Shown: piece by piece, positions 36,040-45,760 of the stretch
How the letters are laid out: the number at the start of each line of letters is the position of its first letter
Numbering within the stretch: the stretch's first letter is position 1
NCBI GenBank assembly: GCA_041500865.1
Contig: JBGQMY010000005.1
Location: 1 to 60,221, forward strand
Length of the DNA stretch: 60,221 nt
Direction of reading: 5' to 3'
From: Candidatus Micrarchaeia archaeon
Lineage (GTDB): Archaea; Micrarchaeota; Micrarchaeia; Anstonellales; J096
Notes under the pieces: generated by a model
Database searches by the model: none
What the model was told of the DNA's origin: nothing
What the model saw: the letters and a program-made list of their open reading frames with translations, nothing else
Position numbers and translations under genes: made by a program

Positions 36040-37272
36040 TCAAAACAAGCCCGGCACTATAAGCAGTATGAAGCAGACCAGCGCGGAATAGGACACCCAT
36101 TCCGCAACCTTTTTGTCCTTCAGGAAAGACCTCATTATGTGGTAGCCGTCGAAGAGCGGGACAGGCAGCAGGTTTATCATGCCTATGGCGAAGTTCAGCC
36201 CGCACGTGAGGCCTAACACGTTTATGATGAACTTTATCAGCGGGTCCTGGAACACCACGAGCGGAAGTATGGAGGATGCGCAGCCTGTCGTCGACTCTTT
36301 CAGCACGATGTTGCCGTTGTCCAAAACCGTTGGGACGTTGCACGTGTAGGCGTAGCTGTGCACCGCAAAATAGAAGAACGCGATGTAAAGCAGGCCAAAA
36401 AGGAAGCCGAACGTTATGTTTGCCGCGCTGCCTGCGACGAGTATCCTGCTCCTTACCATTGGGCTGGACCTTTCAAGTTCCCTGTCGCTCGGCTCCACGA
36501 ACGCTCCGATGGGCAGGCTGCCGAAAAGAACTATTCCGGTTGAGTTTATGCTGACGCGCTCTGCCCTTGAAAGGAAGCCGTGCGACAGCTCATGGACCAC
36601 GAGGAGAATCACGACCGCTATTATGCCCTCAAAGAACGGCAGGTTTATGCCTGGAAGCACGAGCGTGGCCCCTGCCTTCAGCGAAACCGCCTGGTGCAGG
36701 ACCAGCATGGCGTAGATGTTGTAAAGCACGTTGGCTGCAGCGATGTACAGCGACATTATCGTCGAGCCGCCGAAGCCGAGCAGCAGCAGCGAGGCCGAAA
36801 GCAGCAGCGAGGCCGAAATCGCGGAAGGGCTTGAGCCCTGCTCGATGGCGGACACGTTGCCCATGGCCGTCAGCGCGTAGGATATGCCCAGCGGATAGAC
36901 CACCATGAGCGCGAAAAGGAACGCCATTGAGAACAGGTAGAGGGCTATCCTGTGGGAACGCGGCCTCCATTTCATGAGGAAAAGCATTATTGCTCCGAAG
37001 CTTACGAAAAGCATGACATCCGCCCAAAGCCGGAAATACGCCGCGTATTTCCTGCCGACAGTGTCTATGAACGTGACAAAATACCTGCTCCTCACGAGAA
37101 GCATGCCGAGCTCGGTCTGCATGAAGTGCCTTTTCGCATAGAATTTTGAGATGAGGACCATCTCCAATATCACGATGGCCGCCTTTGCGAGGTTCGGTAT
37201 GGACGTCGCCGTTATGACGAAGTACATGAACAGCAAGGAGACTATGCATACCACTATGTCGGCTGAATCCAT
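36040..37272 (-). CDS. Site-2 protease (M50) membrane metalloprotease
   Basis: VHELSHG, GAFVEP, AGSAAN, NLLPVPLFDG. Confidence 0.93.
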   Translation of the reverse strand: MDSADIVVCIVSLLFMYFVITATSIPNLAKAAIVILEMVLISKFYAKRHFMQTELGMLLVRSRYFVTFIDTVGRKYAAYFRLWADVMLFVSFGAIMLFLMKWRPRSHRIALYLFSMAFLFALMVVYPLGISYALTAMGNVSAIEQGSSPSAISASLLLSASLLLLGFGGSTIMSLYIAAANVLYNIYAMLVLHQAVSLKAGATLVLPGINLPFFEGIIAVVILLVVHELSHGFLSRAERVSINSTGIVLFGSLPIGAFVEPSDRELERSSPMVRSRILVAGSAANITFGFLFGLLYIAFFYFAVHSYAYTCNVPTVLDNGNIVLKESTTGCASSILPLVVFQDPLIKFIINVLGLTCGLNFAIGMINLLPVPLFDGYHIMRSFLKDKKVAEWVSYSALVCFILLIVPGLF

Positions 37273-37337
37273 ATTGGAGGGTATTAGTGTGCACACTTTA
37301 AAAATGCTGGCGGAATGTTTGGCGGATGACTAATAAT

Positions 37338-37619
37338 CTACAATATATTTTCCCCAAGGTATTTACGAATCATCATTTTTATCTCGTCGCTTCTTTTGAC
37401 GTTAAGGGATATTTGTAGGCCATAACCGGTGGGCTTGCGGATGATAATATTATCTTTGATAAGCTCAACGGCAAGATCCTTATATCGCCCTTTCAGATGA
37501 GGAGGAACTCCTTTTGCCACATTCTCAAAAGCTGTGTGGCTCTCGCCCCATTTTCTCCTGCGGGCAAGCTTGTGCAGAATCATGGCTTTTAGTTCATCAT
37601 CTGACTCCATGAAGTTCAC
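37338..37619 (-). CDS. Small archaeal wHTH-like hypothetical protein
   Basis: ILHKLARRRKWGESHT...KPTGYG..ISLN. Confidence 0.7.
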   Translation of the reverse strand: MNFMESDDELKAMILHKLARRRKWGESHTAFENVAKGVPPHLKGRYKDLAVELIKDNIIIRKPTGYGLQISLNVKRSDEIKMMIRKYLGENIL

Positions 37620-37674
37620 TTATGTTGCCTTTCAAAGGATAGATTTATAAACATGTGCCATAAGAAATAATGTG

Positions 37675-37702
37675 ATGCAACAATAGAACTGTAATGTTGC
37701 AT
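37675..37702. promoter_or_regulatory. Candidate operator inverted repeat between divergent HTH-like genes
   Basis: atgcaaca-N12-tgttgcat. Confidence 0.45.
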
Positions 37703-37771
37703 GTATGGCATATTACCTGGAATAAACAAGAGAGAAATATTTCCGGTAAACGGCAAAATAGGTGATGAGGC

Positions 37772-38110
37772 ATGGCGGAAGACACAGTATTAATAGAATA
37801 TCTGGGAAACACCCCGATAATCAGGATAACGGATTTCCTCCTTGAGAACAGGCTGTTTGACTATTCAAAAAAGCAGATAATAGAGGAAACGGGGCTTGCC
37901 AAGGCCACTTTCTACAAGTATTGGGGAAAAATAACGGAAATAGGGATAGCCAAGGCCACCCGCTCATTCGGAAAAACGAAGCTGTACAGGATAAACGAGC
38001 AGAGCCCCGTCGTCCAGCAGATAAAGAAGCTGGAGCTTGCGCTTATTGAGAGCACGGCGCCGCAGGCGGCAGCCGCAAAACTGCATGCGTCTGTTGCCTC
38101 CAAAACATGA
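37772..38110 (+). CDS. Winged-HTH transcriptional regulator
   Basis: IRITDFLLEN..FDYSKKQIIEETGLAKATFYKYW...GKTKLYRIN. Confidence 0.8.
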   Translation: MAEDTVLIEYLGNTPIIRITDFLLENRLFDYSKKQIIEETGLAKATFYKYWGKITEIGIAKATRSFGKTKLYRINEQSPVVQQIKKLELALIESTAPQAAAAKLHASVASKT

Positions 38111-38185
38111 AATGTTTGGCAAATGCCGAAGTCAGGGGCTTATGCCTTTTTAATTTTTGAGGTGAATACGGGTTCAGTGGTCTTG

Positions 38186-39961
38186 ATGGAAGTAGCGATA
38201 AAGATAGGGGCCGCGGCCGGCGAGGGCGCATTCGTGATGGGCGCAACTGCAGGCAGGCTTTTCGCGCGCGGCGGATACAGCGTCTTCGGCTACCCGGAAT
38301 ACCCCTCCCTGATAAGGGGCGGGCACAACGCATACCAGATTGTCATTTCAGACAGGAGGCTTGACGCCCCGCTCATGGAAAGCGACGTCGTCATAGCTAT
38401 AAACAGGGATGCGATAAAGTTCCATGCCGATTCCATAAAGAAAGGCGGGCTACTTTTATACGATTCTGAGCTTGACCTCAGCGGAATGAGCATAAGGGAG
38501 GATGTAAAGAAGGTGGGCGTGCCCGTTGCCAGCATAATAAGCGGGCAGAAGGCCGACCCGAAGATGAAGAACACCGCATACCTGGGCGCGCTGCTTGCCA
38601 CAGTCGACTATCCGCTTGAGTACCTTGAAAAGGCGCTTGAGGACCAGTTCTCAAGGAAGGGCAAGGATGTCGTGGACATGAACATAAGGGTCGCTAAGGC
38701 AGGGTATGATTATACAATATCGCAGTCCAAGCCTGCCATAAGCATCAAGCCGATAGGCGGGCCGAGGCCTTATCTTCCAGGAAATGAGGCACTTGCAATC
38801 GGGTTCATAAAGGGCGGGCTTACGTTCTATTCATCGTACCCCATGACCCCTGCAACGACCATACTGCATTACCTCATAAAGAACCAGGAAAAGGCCGGCA
38901 TAGTTGTTTTGCAGTCAGAAGACGAGATATCCGGGGCCAACATGGCCGTTGGGGCGGCATATGCCGGGGCAAGGGCCGCAACAGGCACAAGCGGCGGGGG
39001 GTTCGCGCTGAAAACCGAAACAGTCAGCATGGCGGCCATCTCGGAAACGCCGGTCGTGTTCTTCCTTGCGCAGAGGGTAGGGCCTTCCACAGGCATGCCG
39101 ACGTGGACCGAGCAGGGCGACGTGTTCCAGGTCATTGGCGCAGGGCAGGGCGAGTTCCCAAAGGTGATACTTGCGCCAGGCGACGCCAAAGAGATGATAC
39201 AGATAGGCGCCGACTCGCTCAACATAGCAGAGGAGTTCCAGCTGCCTGTTTTCCTGCTTTCAGACAAATACCTTTCAGAAAACTATTACACTGTGGACGG
39301 ATTGGACGTTTCGCGCTTCAAGGCAAACAGGGGCAAGCTCGCTGACAGGGGGCTTCCTGAGCTGAAGCCAGGCGAAAGGTTCAAGCGTTATAAAATAACG
39401 CAGGACGGCATATCGCCAAGGAGCCTGCCTGGCGTTCCTAATGGCCAGCACGTTGCGTCAAGCTACGAGCACCAGGAGGACAGCTTTTCAACCGAGTCGT
39501 TTGACATGAGGGTCGCGCAGGTTGACAAGCGCCTGAGGAAGATGGAAAAGCTGCTTGAGCGCTCGTACGAGCCTAAGATATACTCGTTCAAGGGCGACGA
39601 TGCGCTTGTCGTGTGGGGCTCCCAGCTCGGGCCTGCGCTGAAGGCCGCGGAAGAGGCGAAAATTGACGTGATACATTTCAACTGGATATACCCGCTAAGC
39701 AGGGAAAAGGTTGAAAGGGCTTTCTCCAATTACAAGGCCGTCTATTTTGCTGAAAACAACAGGACCGGCGTGTTTGAAAAGGTCGTTTTGCTTGAGACGG
39801 GCAAAAAGCCTACTGCATCCATAAGGAAGTACAATGGCAGGCCTTTGCTGCCGCACCAGCTTGTGAAGGCGATTGACGGCGTGAGGAAGACAGGCAAGGA
39901 CTGCCTGATAAGGAACGAGGAGTACGACAATTTTGAGTTCTACTCCCCGTGGAGATATTGA
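38186..39961 (+). CDS. 2-oxoacid:ferredoxin oxidoreductase, fused gamma-alpha subunit
   Basis: GAAGEG, YPSLIRGGHN, YPMTPAT, QSEDEI, TSGGGF, QRVGPSTG.PT. Confidence 0.95.
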   Translation: MEVAIKIGAAAGEGAFVMGATAGRLFARGGYSVFGYPEYPSLIRGGHNAYQIVISDRRLDAPLMESDVVIAINRDAIKFHADSIKKGGLLLYDSELDLSGMSIREDVKKVGVPVASIISGQKADPKMKNTAYLGALLATVDYPLEYLEKALEDQFSRKGKDVVDMNIRVAKAGYDYTISQSKPAISIKPIGGPRPYLPGNEALAIGFIKGGLTFYSSYPMTPATTILHYLIKNQEKAGIVVLQSEDEISGANMAVGAAYAGARAATGTSGGGFALKTETVSMAAISETPVVFFLAQRVGPSTGMPTWTEQGDVFQVIGAGQGEFPKVILAPGDAKEMIQIGADSLNIAEEFQLPVFLLSDKYLSENYYTVDGLDVSRFKANRGKLADRGLPELKPGERFKRYKITQDGISPRSLPGVPNGQHVASSYEHQEDSFSTESFDMRVAQVDKRLRKMEKLLERSYEPKIYSFKGDDALVVWGSQLGPALKAAEEAKIDVIHFNWIYPLSREKVERAFSNYKAVYFAENNRTGVFEKVVLLETGKKPTASIRKYNGRPLLPHQLVKAIDGVRKTGKDCLIRNEEYDNFEFYSPWRY

Positions 39962-39970
39962 GGTGCCCAA

Positions 39971-40846
39971 ATGGCGAATGTGAATGTTTTTGATGTTTCG
40001 GAAAAGCCGCAATGGTGCCCGGGCTGCGGGGACTACAGCATACTTGGCTCGTTCAAGACCGCGATAACGGAGCTTGGCATTGACCCGCACAGGATAGTCG
40101 TCGTTACGGGAATCGGTTGCGGCAGCAAGATAGCGCACTATGTCAGGGCTTACGGGTTTGAGGGCCTGCACGGCCGCATTTTGCCGCTTGCAGAAGGCAT
40201 CAAGATGGCGAACCCGAAACTGACCGTGATTGGCATTGGCGGGGACGGCGACGGGTTTTCCGAAGGCGGCAACCATTTCGTGCATGCTCCGCGGAAAAAC
40301 GTGAACTATGCCTACATGGTGCAGGACAACCACATCTACGCCTTGACCACGGGGCAGACGTCTCCGACGACGCCGAAGAACTTGCCTAACAAGACATCTC
40401 CTACGGAACAGCTTTACGAGGAGTACAAGCCTTTGCCTGCTGCCTTGATAAACGGCTGCACGTTTGTCGGTTCTTGCTTTGCCGGAAACATTCGCCATAC
40501 CGCGGACATGATGAAGAAGGCGATAATGCACAAGGGATTCGCTTTTTTGAACATTTACCAGCCGTGCGTCACGTGGAACAACGTGAACACTTACCAGTGG
40601 TACATGCAAAGGTGCTATGACCTGCAGAAGGAAAACCACGACGCTTCCAACTTTGACGCTGGCTTGGCAAAGGCGCTTGAGCCGTACAGGAACGGGTTTG
40701 AGAGGCTGCCAATAGGCCTGTTCTATGAGAGCAACGCCCGGAAGCCGCTGGACGAGCTGCATCCTGTCTTGGCAAAGGGCGTTATACCTGCTGAAAAGGA
40801 CATAACGAACGTTGACATTTCCGCATTGCTGAAGGAGATGGAGTAA
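39971..40846 (+). CDS. 2-oxoacid:ferredoxin oxidoreductase beta subunit
   Basis: WCPGCGD, GIGC, LHGR, GGDGD, NHIYALTTGQ.SPT, QPCVTWN. Confidence 0.95.
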   Translation: MANVNVFDVSEKPQWCPGCGDYSILGSFKTAITELGIDPHRIVVVTGIGCGSKIAHYVRAYGFEGLHGRILPLAEGIKMANPKLTVIGIGGDGDGFSEGGNHFVHAPRKNVNYAYMVQDNHIYALTTGQTSPTTPKNLPNKTSPTEQLYEEYKPLPAALINGCTFVGSCFAGNIRHTADMMKKAIMHKGFAFLNIYQPCVTWNNVNTYQWYMQRCYDLQKENHDASNFDAGLAKALEPYRNGFERLPIGLFYESNARKPLDELHPVLAKGVIPAEKDITNVDISALLKEME

Positions 40847-40849
40847 CGT

Positions 40850-40924
40850 CGCCCCCGTCGGGATTTGAACCCGCATCTCAGGCTCCGGAAGCCCGCATTC
40901 TGATCCAGGTTGAACTACGGGGGC
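40850..40924 (-). tRNA. tRNA-Arg: tRNA-Arg(CCG)
   Basis: rc GCCCCCGTAGTTCAACCTGGATCAGAATG-CGGGC-TT-CCG-GA-GCCTG...GGTTCAAATCCCGACGGGGGCG. Confidence 0.96.
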
Positions 40925-40984
40925 AAATACAATACGGCAGCAAAGAGATTATAAATAAATGCGGATGTGCCAAGGACATCCGGA

Positions 40985-41539
40985 TTATGCCAGATGTATG
41001 CAATTATAGAAGGATTTCAGGAAGGACGGTGCAGTTTTCTGCCCAAAGGCGGCGCTCAATTGCTCAATGGCCTCAAGGAACAGCTCCGTTTCCTTGTGGC
41101 CGAGGTTCTTGGCAACGTCCTTGGCTTTGAGTTTTCCGCGGTCCAGTGCGCCTTTTTCCAGCAGCAGCATGCAGGTTTCGGTGTGTGCATTATATGCGGC
41201 ACAATACAGAGGCGTCCTGCCGTCATTGTCCTCTGCGTTCACATTTGCGCCGTTTTCTATCAGCAGTGCGCAGGTTTCTGCGCAGCTGAAGCTCGCGACC
41301 CAGTGAAGGGTGGTCCAGCCGTGCGCGCTTCTTGCATTTGGGCTTGCGCCTTTCTTTAGTAGCGGCAAGATATCAGCATCGCCATATGAGGCTGCCAGGC
41401 GGAGCGCACGGTCCAGGTCCCCGCGCTTGCTTGAGCGCATCAGCATCCTTTTGGCGGATCTTCTTGCTGATTCAAGCAGACGCACCGCTCTTTTCGTTAT
41501 AGGAAGCTTTAGTTTCTTGCTGGCAAAGCTTTGCTCCAT
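40985..41539 (-). CDS. Ankyrin-repeat protein (ank5)
   Basis: GWTTLHWVA, GANVNAED, GRTPLYCAA; C-terminus FLKSFYNCIHLA. Confidence 0.92.
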   Translation of the reverse strand: MEQSFASKKLKLPITKRAVRLLESARRSAKRMLMRSSKRGDLDRALRLAASYGDADILPLLKKGASPNARSAHGWTTLHWVASFSCAETCALLIENGANVNAEDNDGRTPLYCAAYNAHTETCMLLLEKGALDRGKLKAKDVAKNLGHKETELFLEAIEQLSAAFGQKTAPSFLKSFYNCIHLA

Positions 41540-41577
41540 GCCTCTATTGTACGACAGAGAGATTATAAATGTGGATG

Positions 41578-41652
41578 CGCCCCCGTCGGGATTTGAACCC
41601 GCATCTCAGGCTCCGCAAGCCCGCATTCTGATCCAGGTTGAACTACGGGGGC
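41578..41652 (-). tRNA. tRNA-Arg: tRNA-Arg(GCG)
   Basis: Identical to 40850-40924 except the anticodon wobble base. Confidence 0.96.
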
Positions 41653-41713
41653 AAGCATAACGTAGCAACAAAGAGATTATAAATGTGCTCTGGGAACAAA
41701 TAAGTAAGCTTGC

Positions 41714-42136
41714 TCAGCGGCGTTGGTGTCTAAGCGGCATCTGGCATATTTCCCTGATAAGGGCAATCGCCGCGGCATGGGCCTTTTCGGCGTATTCATC
41801 ATCGGTATCGTCATTAATATATTCTTGGATTACCCTGTCTATTTCATCTTCACTCGCTTTCTTCGCAATTGCGGGCCTCTTCGCCGCCTTCCGCGCATTG
41901 TCCAAATCAGCCCTTGACAGGTTGAACCGCTTGGCGATTATCGGTATCATTTCATAGCCTTGGGTTGCGAAAAGCTCTCTTGCAAGGTTCATCGCGCAGG
42001 CCCTTGCGGCAGCCGGCCTTTTGCATGTTTCGGCTATCTCGGCGCAGAGCTTGAGCTTTTCCAGCCTTGGAAGCGCCCTAACCTTGAATGTGCCTCCGCG
42101 CACTGCGATTGCCCAGTGGGCGTTAATCCTCGCCAT
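41714..42136 (-). CDS. Hypothetical helical protein
   Basis: 140-aa ORF with TTTAAAAA TATA about 29 nt upstream of ATG. Confidence 0.6.
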   Translation of the reverse strand: MARINAHWAIAVRGGTFKVRALPRLEKLKLCAEIAETCKRPAAARACAMNLARELFATQGYEMIPIIAKRFNLSRADLDNARKAAKRPAIAKKASEDEIDRVIQEYINDDTDDEYAEKAHAAAIALIREICQMPLRHQRR

Positions 42137-42252
42137 GGCTTATTTGTGTGAAAAAGAGTTTTTAAATGTATCATATGCAGGCGCATCTCCGGCGAAAGGC
42201 CATTGGCAAGGTATTAAAACATATATCCCGAATTGGAATCAGGTGTTTTACA

Positions 42253-42504
42253 ATGGGGGAAGTTGCAGTGACATTCAAGGTTTTCGTGGAAGACATGTCT
42301 GTGTTTGACGCGGTAAAGGAGGAGCTGAAGAAGGCAGGGGCCAGGAGCATGCAGGACGAGGAGGTCGGCTTCGGCATAAAGACAATAAAGGCCATGTTCA
42401 TAATCCCGGATGGCGAAGGCGAGATAGACAAGCTGGAAGCGAAAGTGTCATCCCTGAAAGGCGTATCCGAGATAAGGGCAGAAGAGATGGGAAGGCTGAT
42501 GTGA
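42253..42504 (+). CDS. ef1b: Elongation factor 1-beta
   Basis: MGEVAVTFKVF...EEVGFGIK...PDGEG..DKLE...GVSEI; AGGTG RBS. Confidence 0.93.
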   Translation: MGEVAVTFKVFVEDMSVFDAVKEELKKAGARSMQDEEVGFGIKTIKAMFIIPDGEGEIDKLEAKVSSLKGVSEIRAEEMGRLM

Positions 42505-42526
42505 CTATTTTTGCAAGAGGCTGAAA

Positions 42527-43381
42527 ATGATTGCCAGCAAAAAGGCCGAAATGTGCCGCCCTGCCAGAAAGGAATGGAACATATTCAAGCGGATGGCGGA
42601 AAAGGAAGGGCTGGATGTGCTGAAGCTCAGCGGAAAGGCCATCGGCGAAAGCAACCTGCGCTATTTGGGCGACTTGGAAAAGCGAAGGAAAAGGGGTTTT
42701 CTGGTTGTCGTGCACGGCGGAGGAGTTGAGATAACCGACGCGATGGAAAGAGCCGGCGTAAAGCCGCGGTTCCGCGACGGCGTGCGCATCACAGACGGAT
42801 TCACGATGGAGATTGTGGAACGTGAGCTGGAAAAGATAAACGTCAGGATGACGGAAACGCTGCGCGATTGCGGGCTCAGTGTCGCGCCTTTTCTCCTGGG
42901 GGTGTTCCGCGGCTGCACAGTATTCCCTAGGGAGAGGAACGGCATAGTGACAAATGTGAACCATGGGGAGGTCGCATGCGCATTGCTTGAGCGCAAAATC
43001 GCTGTCCTTTCGCCAATGGGAACGGATTACTCCGGAACCATGCTGAACTTCAATGCAGACGGCGCGGCTGCCATGGCTGCGATAGCGCTCCACGCAGGCC
43101 GGCTGATAATGGCGACTGACAAGGACGGCATAATCTCAGAAGGAAAAGTTATAAGGAAAATCTCCATCCTGGAACTGGAAATGCTTGGGGAAAGGGGGGT
43201 TGTTGACGGCGGCATGGCTGAAAAGGCGAAGGCATGCATAAGGGCCGCGAAGGCAGGAACCAGGCCCTTCATAATCAACGGGAACGACAGAAGGGTGCTG
43301 GCAATGGCGCTTGCAGGCAATCCGTGCGGGACAGAGGTCCTGCCAGTTGCCGCGGAAAAACAGGCAAAGCCACATGTGTGA
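42527..43381 (+). CDS. argB: Acetylglutamate kinase-like amino-acid kinase
   Basis: VVVHGGG, FRDGVRITD, NFNADGAA, TDKDGI, GGMAEK. Confidence 0.8.
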   Translation: MIASKKAEMCRPARKEWNIFKRMAEKEGLDVLKLSGKAIGESNLRYLGDLEKRRKRGFLVVVHGGGVEITDAMERAGVKPRFRDGVRITDGFTMEIVERELEKINVRMTETLRDCGLSVAPFLLGVFRGCTVFPRERNGIVTNVNHGEVACALLERKIAVLSPMGTDYSGTMLNFNADGAAAMAAIALHAGRLIMATDKDGIISEGKVIRKISILELEMLGERGVVDGGMAEKAKACIRAAKAGTRPFIINGNDRRVLAMALAGNPCGTEVLPVAAEKQAKPHV

Positions 43382-43382
43382 T

Positions 43383-43485
43383 AGGGCGCTGCGGCGCCAA
43401 AAAGTAGTTTTCTTTCCGCGGAGCTTTTTGGGAAAAAGCTCCAGCAAAAAACGTTTAGAGCTTTCTTTTCCAAAAGAAAGGGGGG
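43383..43485. repeat. Intergenic palindromic repeat family copy
   Basis: agggcgctgcggcgcc (also at the tRNA-Asp 3' junction); ggagctttttgggaaaaagctccagcaaaaaacg; ctttcttttccaaaagaaag. Confidence 0.75.
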
Positions 43486-45090
43486 TCACTTCCGGTAGAA
43501 CGAGAAAAAGAAATACAGCGCAATCATTATGACTATAAACGCAATGACAAGCATCAGCCACAGCGGCATGCCGCCGACGCTGATGACGAACGTGTAATCG
43601 TCAAAGCCGTCCTTGCTGAGCCTGACCGTATAGTCCCCGGACGATGAGGGCGTGAACGAGAACCTGTTGGACGATATCGTAGTGTTGGGCCCGTTGTTTA
43701 TGCTGATGTTGAACCCTCTTACTGAAGCATTAAGCGCGTCATAGGCCAGTATGGCATACTCCTTGCCTGATGCCATGCCGCTTGGGACGTTTACGTTGAA
43801 CGTGTTCTTCTGCATATCCGGGTTGCGGTACATACGGACAGATGGCAGGAACCGTGCGTCAGACTGGTCTGATGCCCTGCACATCAGCGTCATGAGGCCA
43901 AAACCGTAATCAGCCGGGTTTATGTCGGCATACCAGCTCTTGGAGCCGGATGCAGGCACCCATGGCCCGCCGTTCACGCTTACCTGTACAGTGAAGCCCG
44001 GGTTGCCTGAGAAGGCGTTTCCAGATGCCCTAAAAGGGAGATAGCCGACCTCGCCATAGTCGGATGGTGACGAGATGGCGCATCCAGAGCCGAACCGCGT
44101 GCCCTGAACCAGGGTATTGCGGCCTATCAACAGCATGCCGTTTGAGAATGCAGGCATGTCGCCATATGTATTGAAGACAAAGTCGCCTATTGCATTCATG
44201 CCCTGGTCAAGCAGCACGAGCCTGTCCTGCATCAGGACGGCGTAGCCGTTGCCGTTTGGGTATATGCCGATGGCAATTCCTTTCGGGATTGTCGTTGAAT
44301 TTATGACCTTAAGGTCTTTCGAAAGCCTGTACATCCTGCCAGACGTGCCATATACGGTTATGCCGCTGCTGTCCTGGTAAAGGTATAGCGGGTTGTCAGG
44401 TAGTGAAACCGTGTCAAAAACCCTTCCGTTCCCGTTGAATGAGGCCACGAGGCCGCCGGAAGCGCCGGCATAGAGCCTGCCGTCCATGGATATCATGTTT
44501 GACGAAACCGCCTTCATCGGGACAAGGACGGTCGAGCCGGCATATGCATCCTGCGATATCAGTATGCCGCTGTCTGACAGGAAGATGGGGTAGGCGAAGC
44601 CGGACATGGGGGGCGCGCATGAGACGATGGAGCCGGAAAACTTTGAGTCGTTCATTTGCGTGAACGAGCCGTTCAGCTCAAGCGCAAGCGTGATGATTGT
44701 GAAACCGTCCCTGCCGCTGGCCACGGCGTAGAAAAGGTTCTTGCCGCCGTAGCAGAAAGCGGAAACCGGGTCCCTGCTGCCTATCTTCGTTTCGGTCTTG
44801 TGCCCGTTCAGCAAGTTAATGGAAACGAAGTCGGTTTCGCTGAAGCCTGCAACGTAGTTTATCTGCTCTGCATAGACTGGCGCGCTGGAAAAGTTGAAAT
44901 CTGACGCAAAATAGTTGAATGAGCCGCCTGCCGGGTCTATGAAATATACGTTGCTGTTGCCATAAGCCAGCACCTTGCCGTTGTCCAGCGTGGACATGCC
45001 CATTATGGGCTCGTTTAGCTGGGACTCCCAGGAAAATGCGGAAGAGGCAAGCAAAAGGACGATGATGGAAAAGAGGTTTTGGGCCCTCAT
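43486..45090 (-). CDS. Exported, C-terminally membrane-anchored protein (beta-propeller-like plus Ig-like domains)
   Basis: Signal peptide, beta-rich repeats, SKDGFDDY motif, C-terminal TM followed by RK. Confidence 0.7.
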   Translation of the reverse strand: MRAQNLFSIIVLLLASSAFSWESQLNEPIMGMSTLDNGKVLAYGNSNVYFIDPAGGSFNYFASDFNFSSAPVYAEQINYVAGFSETDFVSINLLNGHKTETKIGSRDPVSAFCYGGKNLFYAVASGRDGFTIITLALELNGSFTQMNDSKFSGSIVSCAPPMSGFAYPIFLSDSGILISQDAYAGSTVLVPMKAVSSNMISMDGRLYAGASGGLVASFNGNGRVFDTVSLPDNPLYLYQDSSGITVYGTSGRMYRLSKDLKVINSTTIPKGIAIGIYPNGNGYAVLMQDRLVLLDQGMNAIGDFVFNTYGDMPAFSNGMLLIGRNTLVQGTRFGSGCAISSPSDYGEVGYLPFRASGNAFSGNPGFTVQVSVNGGPWVPASGSKSWYADINPADYGFGLMTLMCRASDQSDARFLPSVRMYRNPDMQKNTFNVNVPSGMASGKEYAILAYDALNASVRGFNISINNGPNTTISSNRFSFTPSSSGDYTVRLSKDGFDDYTFVISVGGMPLWLMLVIAFIVIMIALYFFFSFYRK

Positions 45091-45092
45091 CT

Positions 45093-45575
45093 TCACACCA
45101 TCTTTGAGTCGTACTCTCCCTTGTCAACGGACTGCTGCACGTCCTTGGGCTTCTTCTTGTCAACGGTTATGCCCATGCTCATCGATGTTCCGAGAATTTC
45201 CTTCACCCTGGATTTCAGCGAAGAGGCGTTGCCCTTGCCCTGCGTGCTCTTTGCAAGCTCAACGGCCTTCTCAAAGGGCATGTCCCCGACCGGGGGCTCC
45301 TTCCATGCCATCTTGTGGCCTTTCTCCACGTTGGCGCCCTTCTTCACGAGCTCTGCCGTGGTGGGCGAGCCTACCTCAATCTCAAAGGTCTTTGCCGCTG
45401 TGTCGGCTATTATCCTCACGGGGACCTTCATGCCGCTGAAGGCCATGGTCATCTCGTTTATTTTTGCCACGACCTGGCCTGCATTTATGCCAAGAGGCCC
45501 GAGCGCGGGCCCTATGGGCGGCCCTGCGGTCGCCTTCCCCCCTTCAATTATAGCGTTTATCTCTTTCTTTGCCAT
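45093..45575 (-). CDS. rpl11: 50S ribosomal protein L11
   Basis: GGKATAGPPIGPALGPLGIN...KVPVRI...EILGT..SMGITV. Confidence 0.97.
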   Translation of the reverse strand: MAKKEINAIIEGGKATAGPPIGPALGPLGINAGQVVAKINEMTMAFSGMKVPVRIIADTAAKTFEIEVGSPTTAELVKKGANVEKGHKMAWKEPPVGDMPFEKAVELAKSTQGKGNASSLKSRVKEILGTSMSMGITVDKKKPKDVQQSVDKGEYDSKMV

Positions 45576-45760
45576 CAGGGTTCACCCTCATTGATTTTCA
45601 TTGTTTTCCGTTGGTTTAAGCTATCAGCATTTTAGGGATTTTGATGGTTGTGTTTAAAAAGCATATTGTTGTCAGACATAGCACAATGTGGGTGTTTTTG
45701 CCCGGTTTTTTAAAGTTTTCCGCCCTAATTTACATTCAATAAACCAGCAAAACGCAATAG

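Noticed and set aside
42160-42232. Possible zinc-ribbon gene upstream of EF-1beta (reads KCIICRR)
   Set aside because: Only one CxxC, an early stop and no convincing start; it overlaps divergent promoters.
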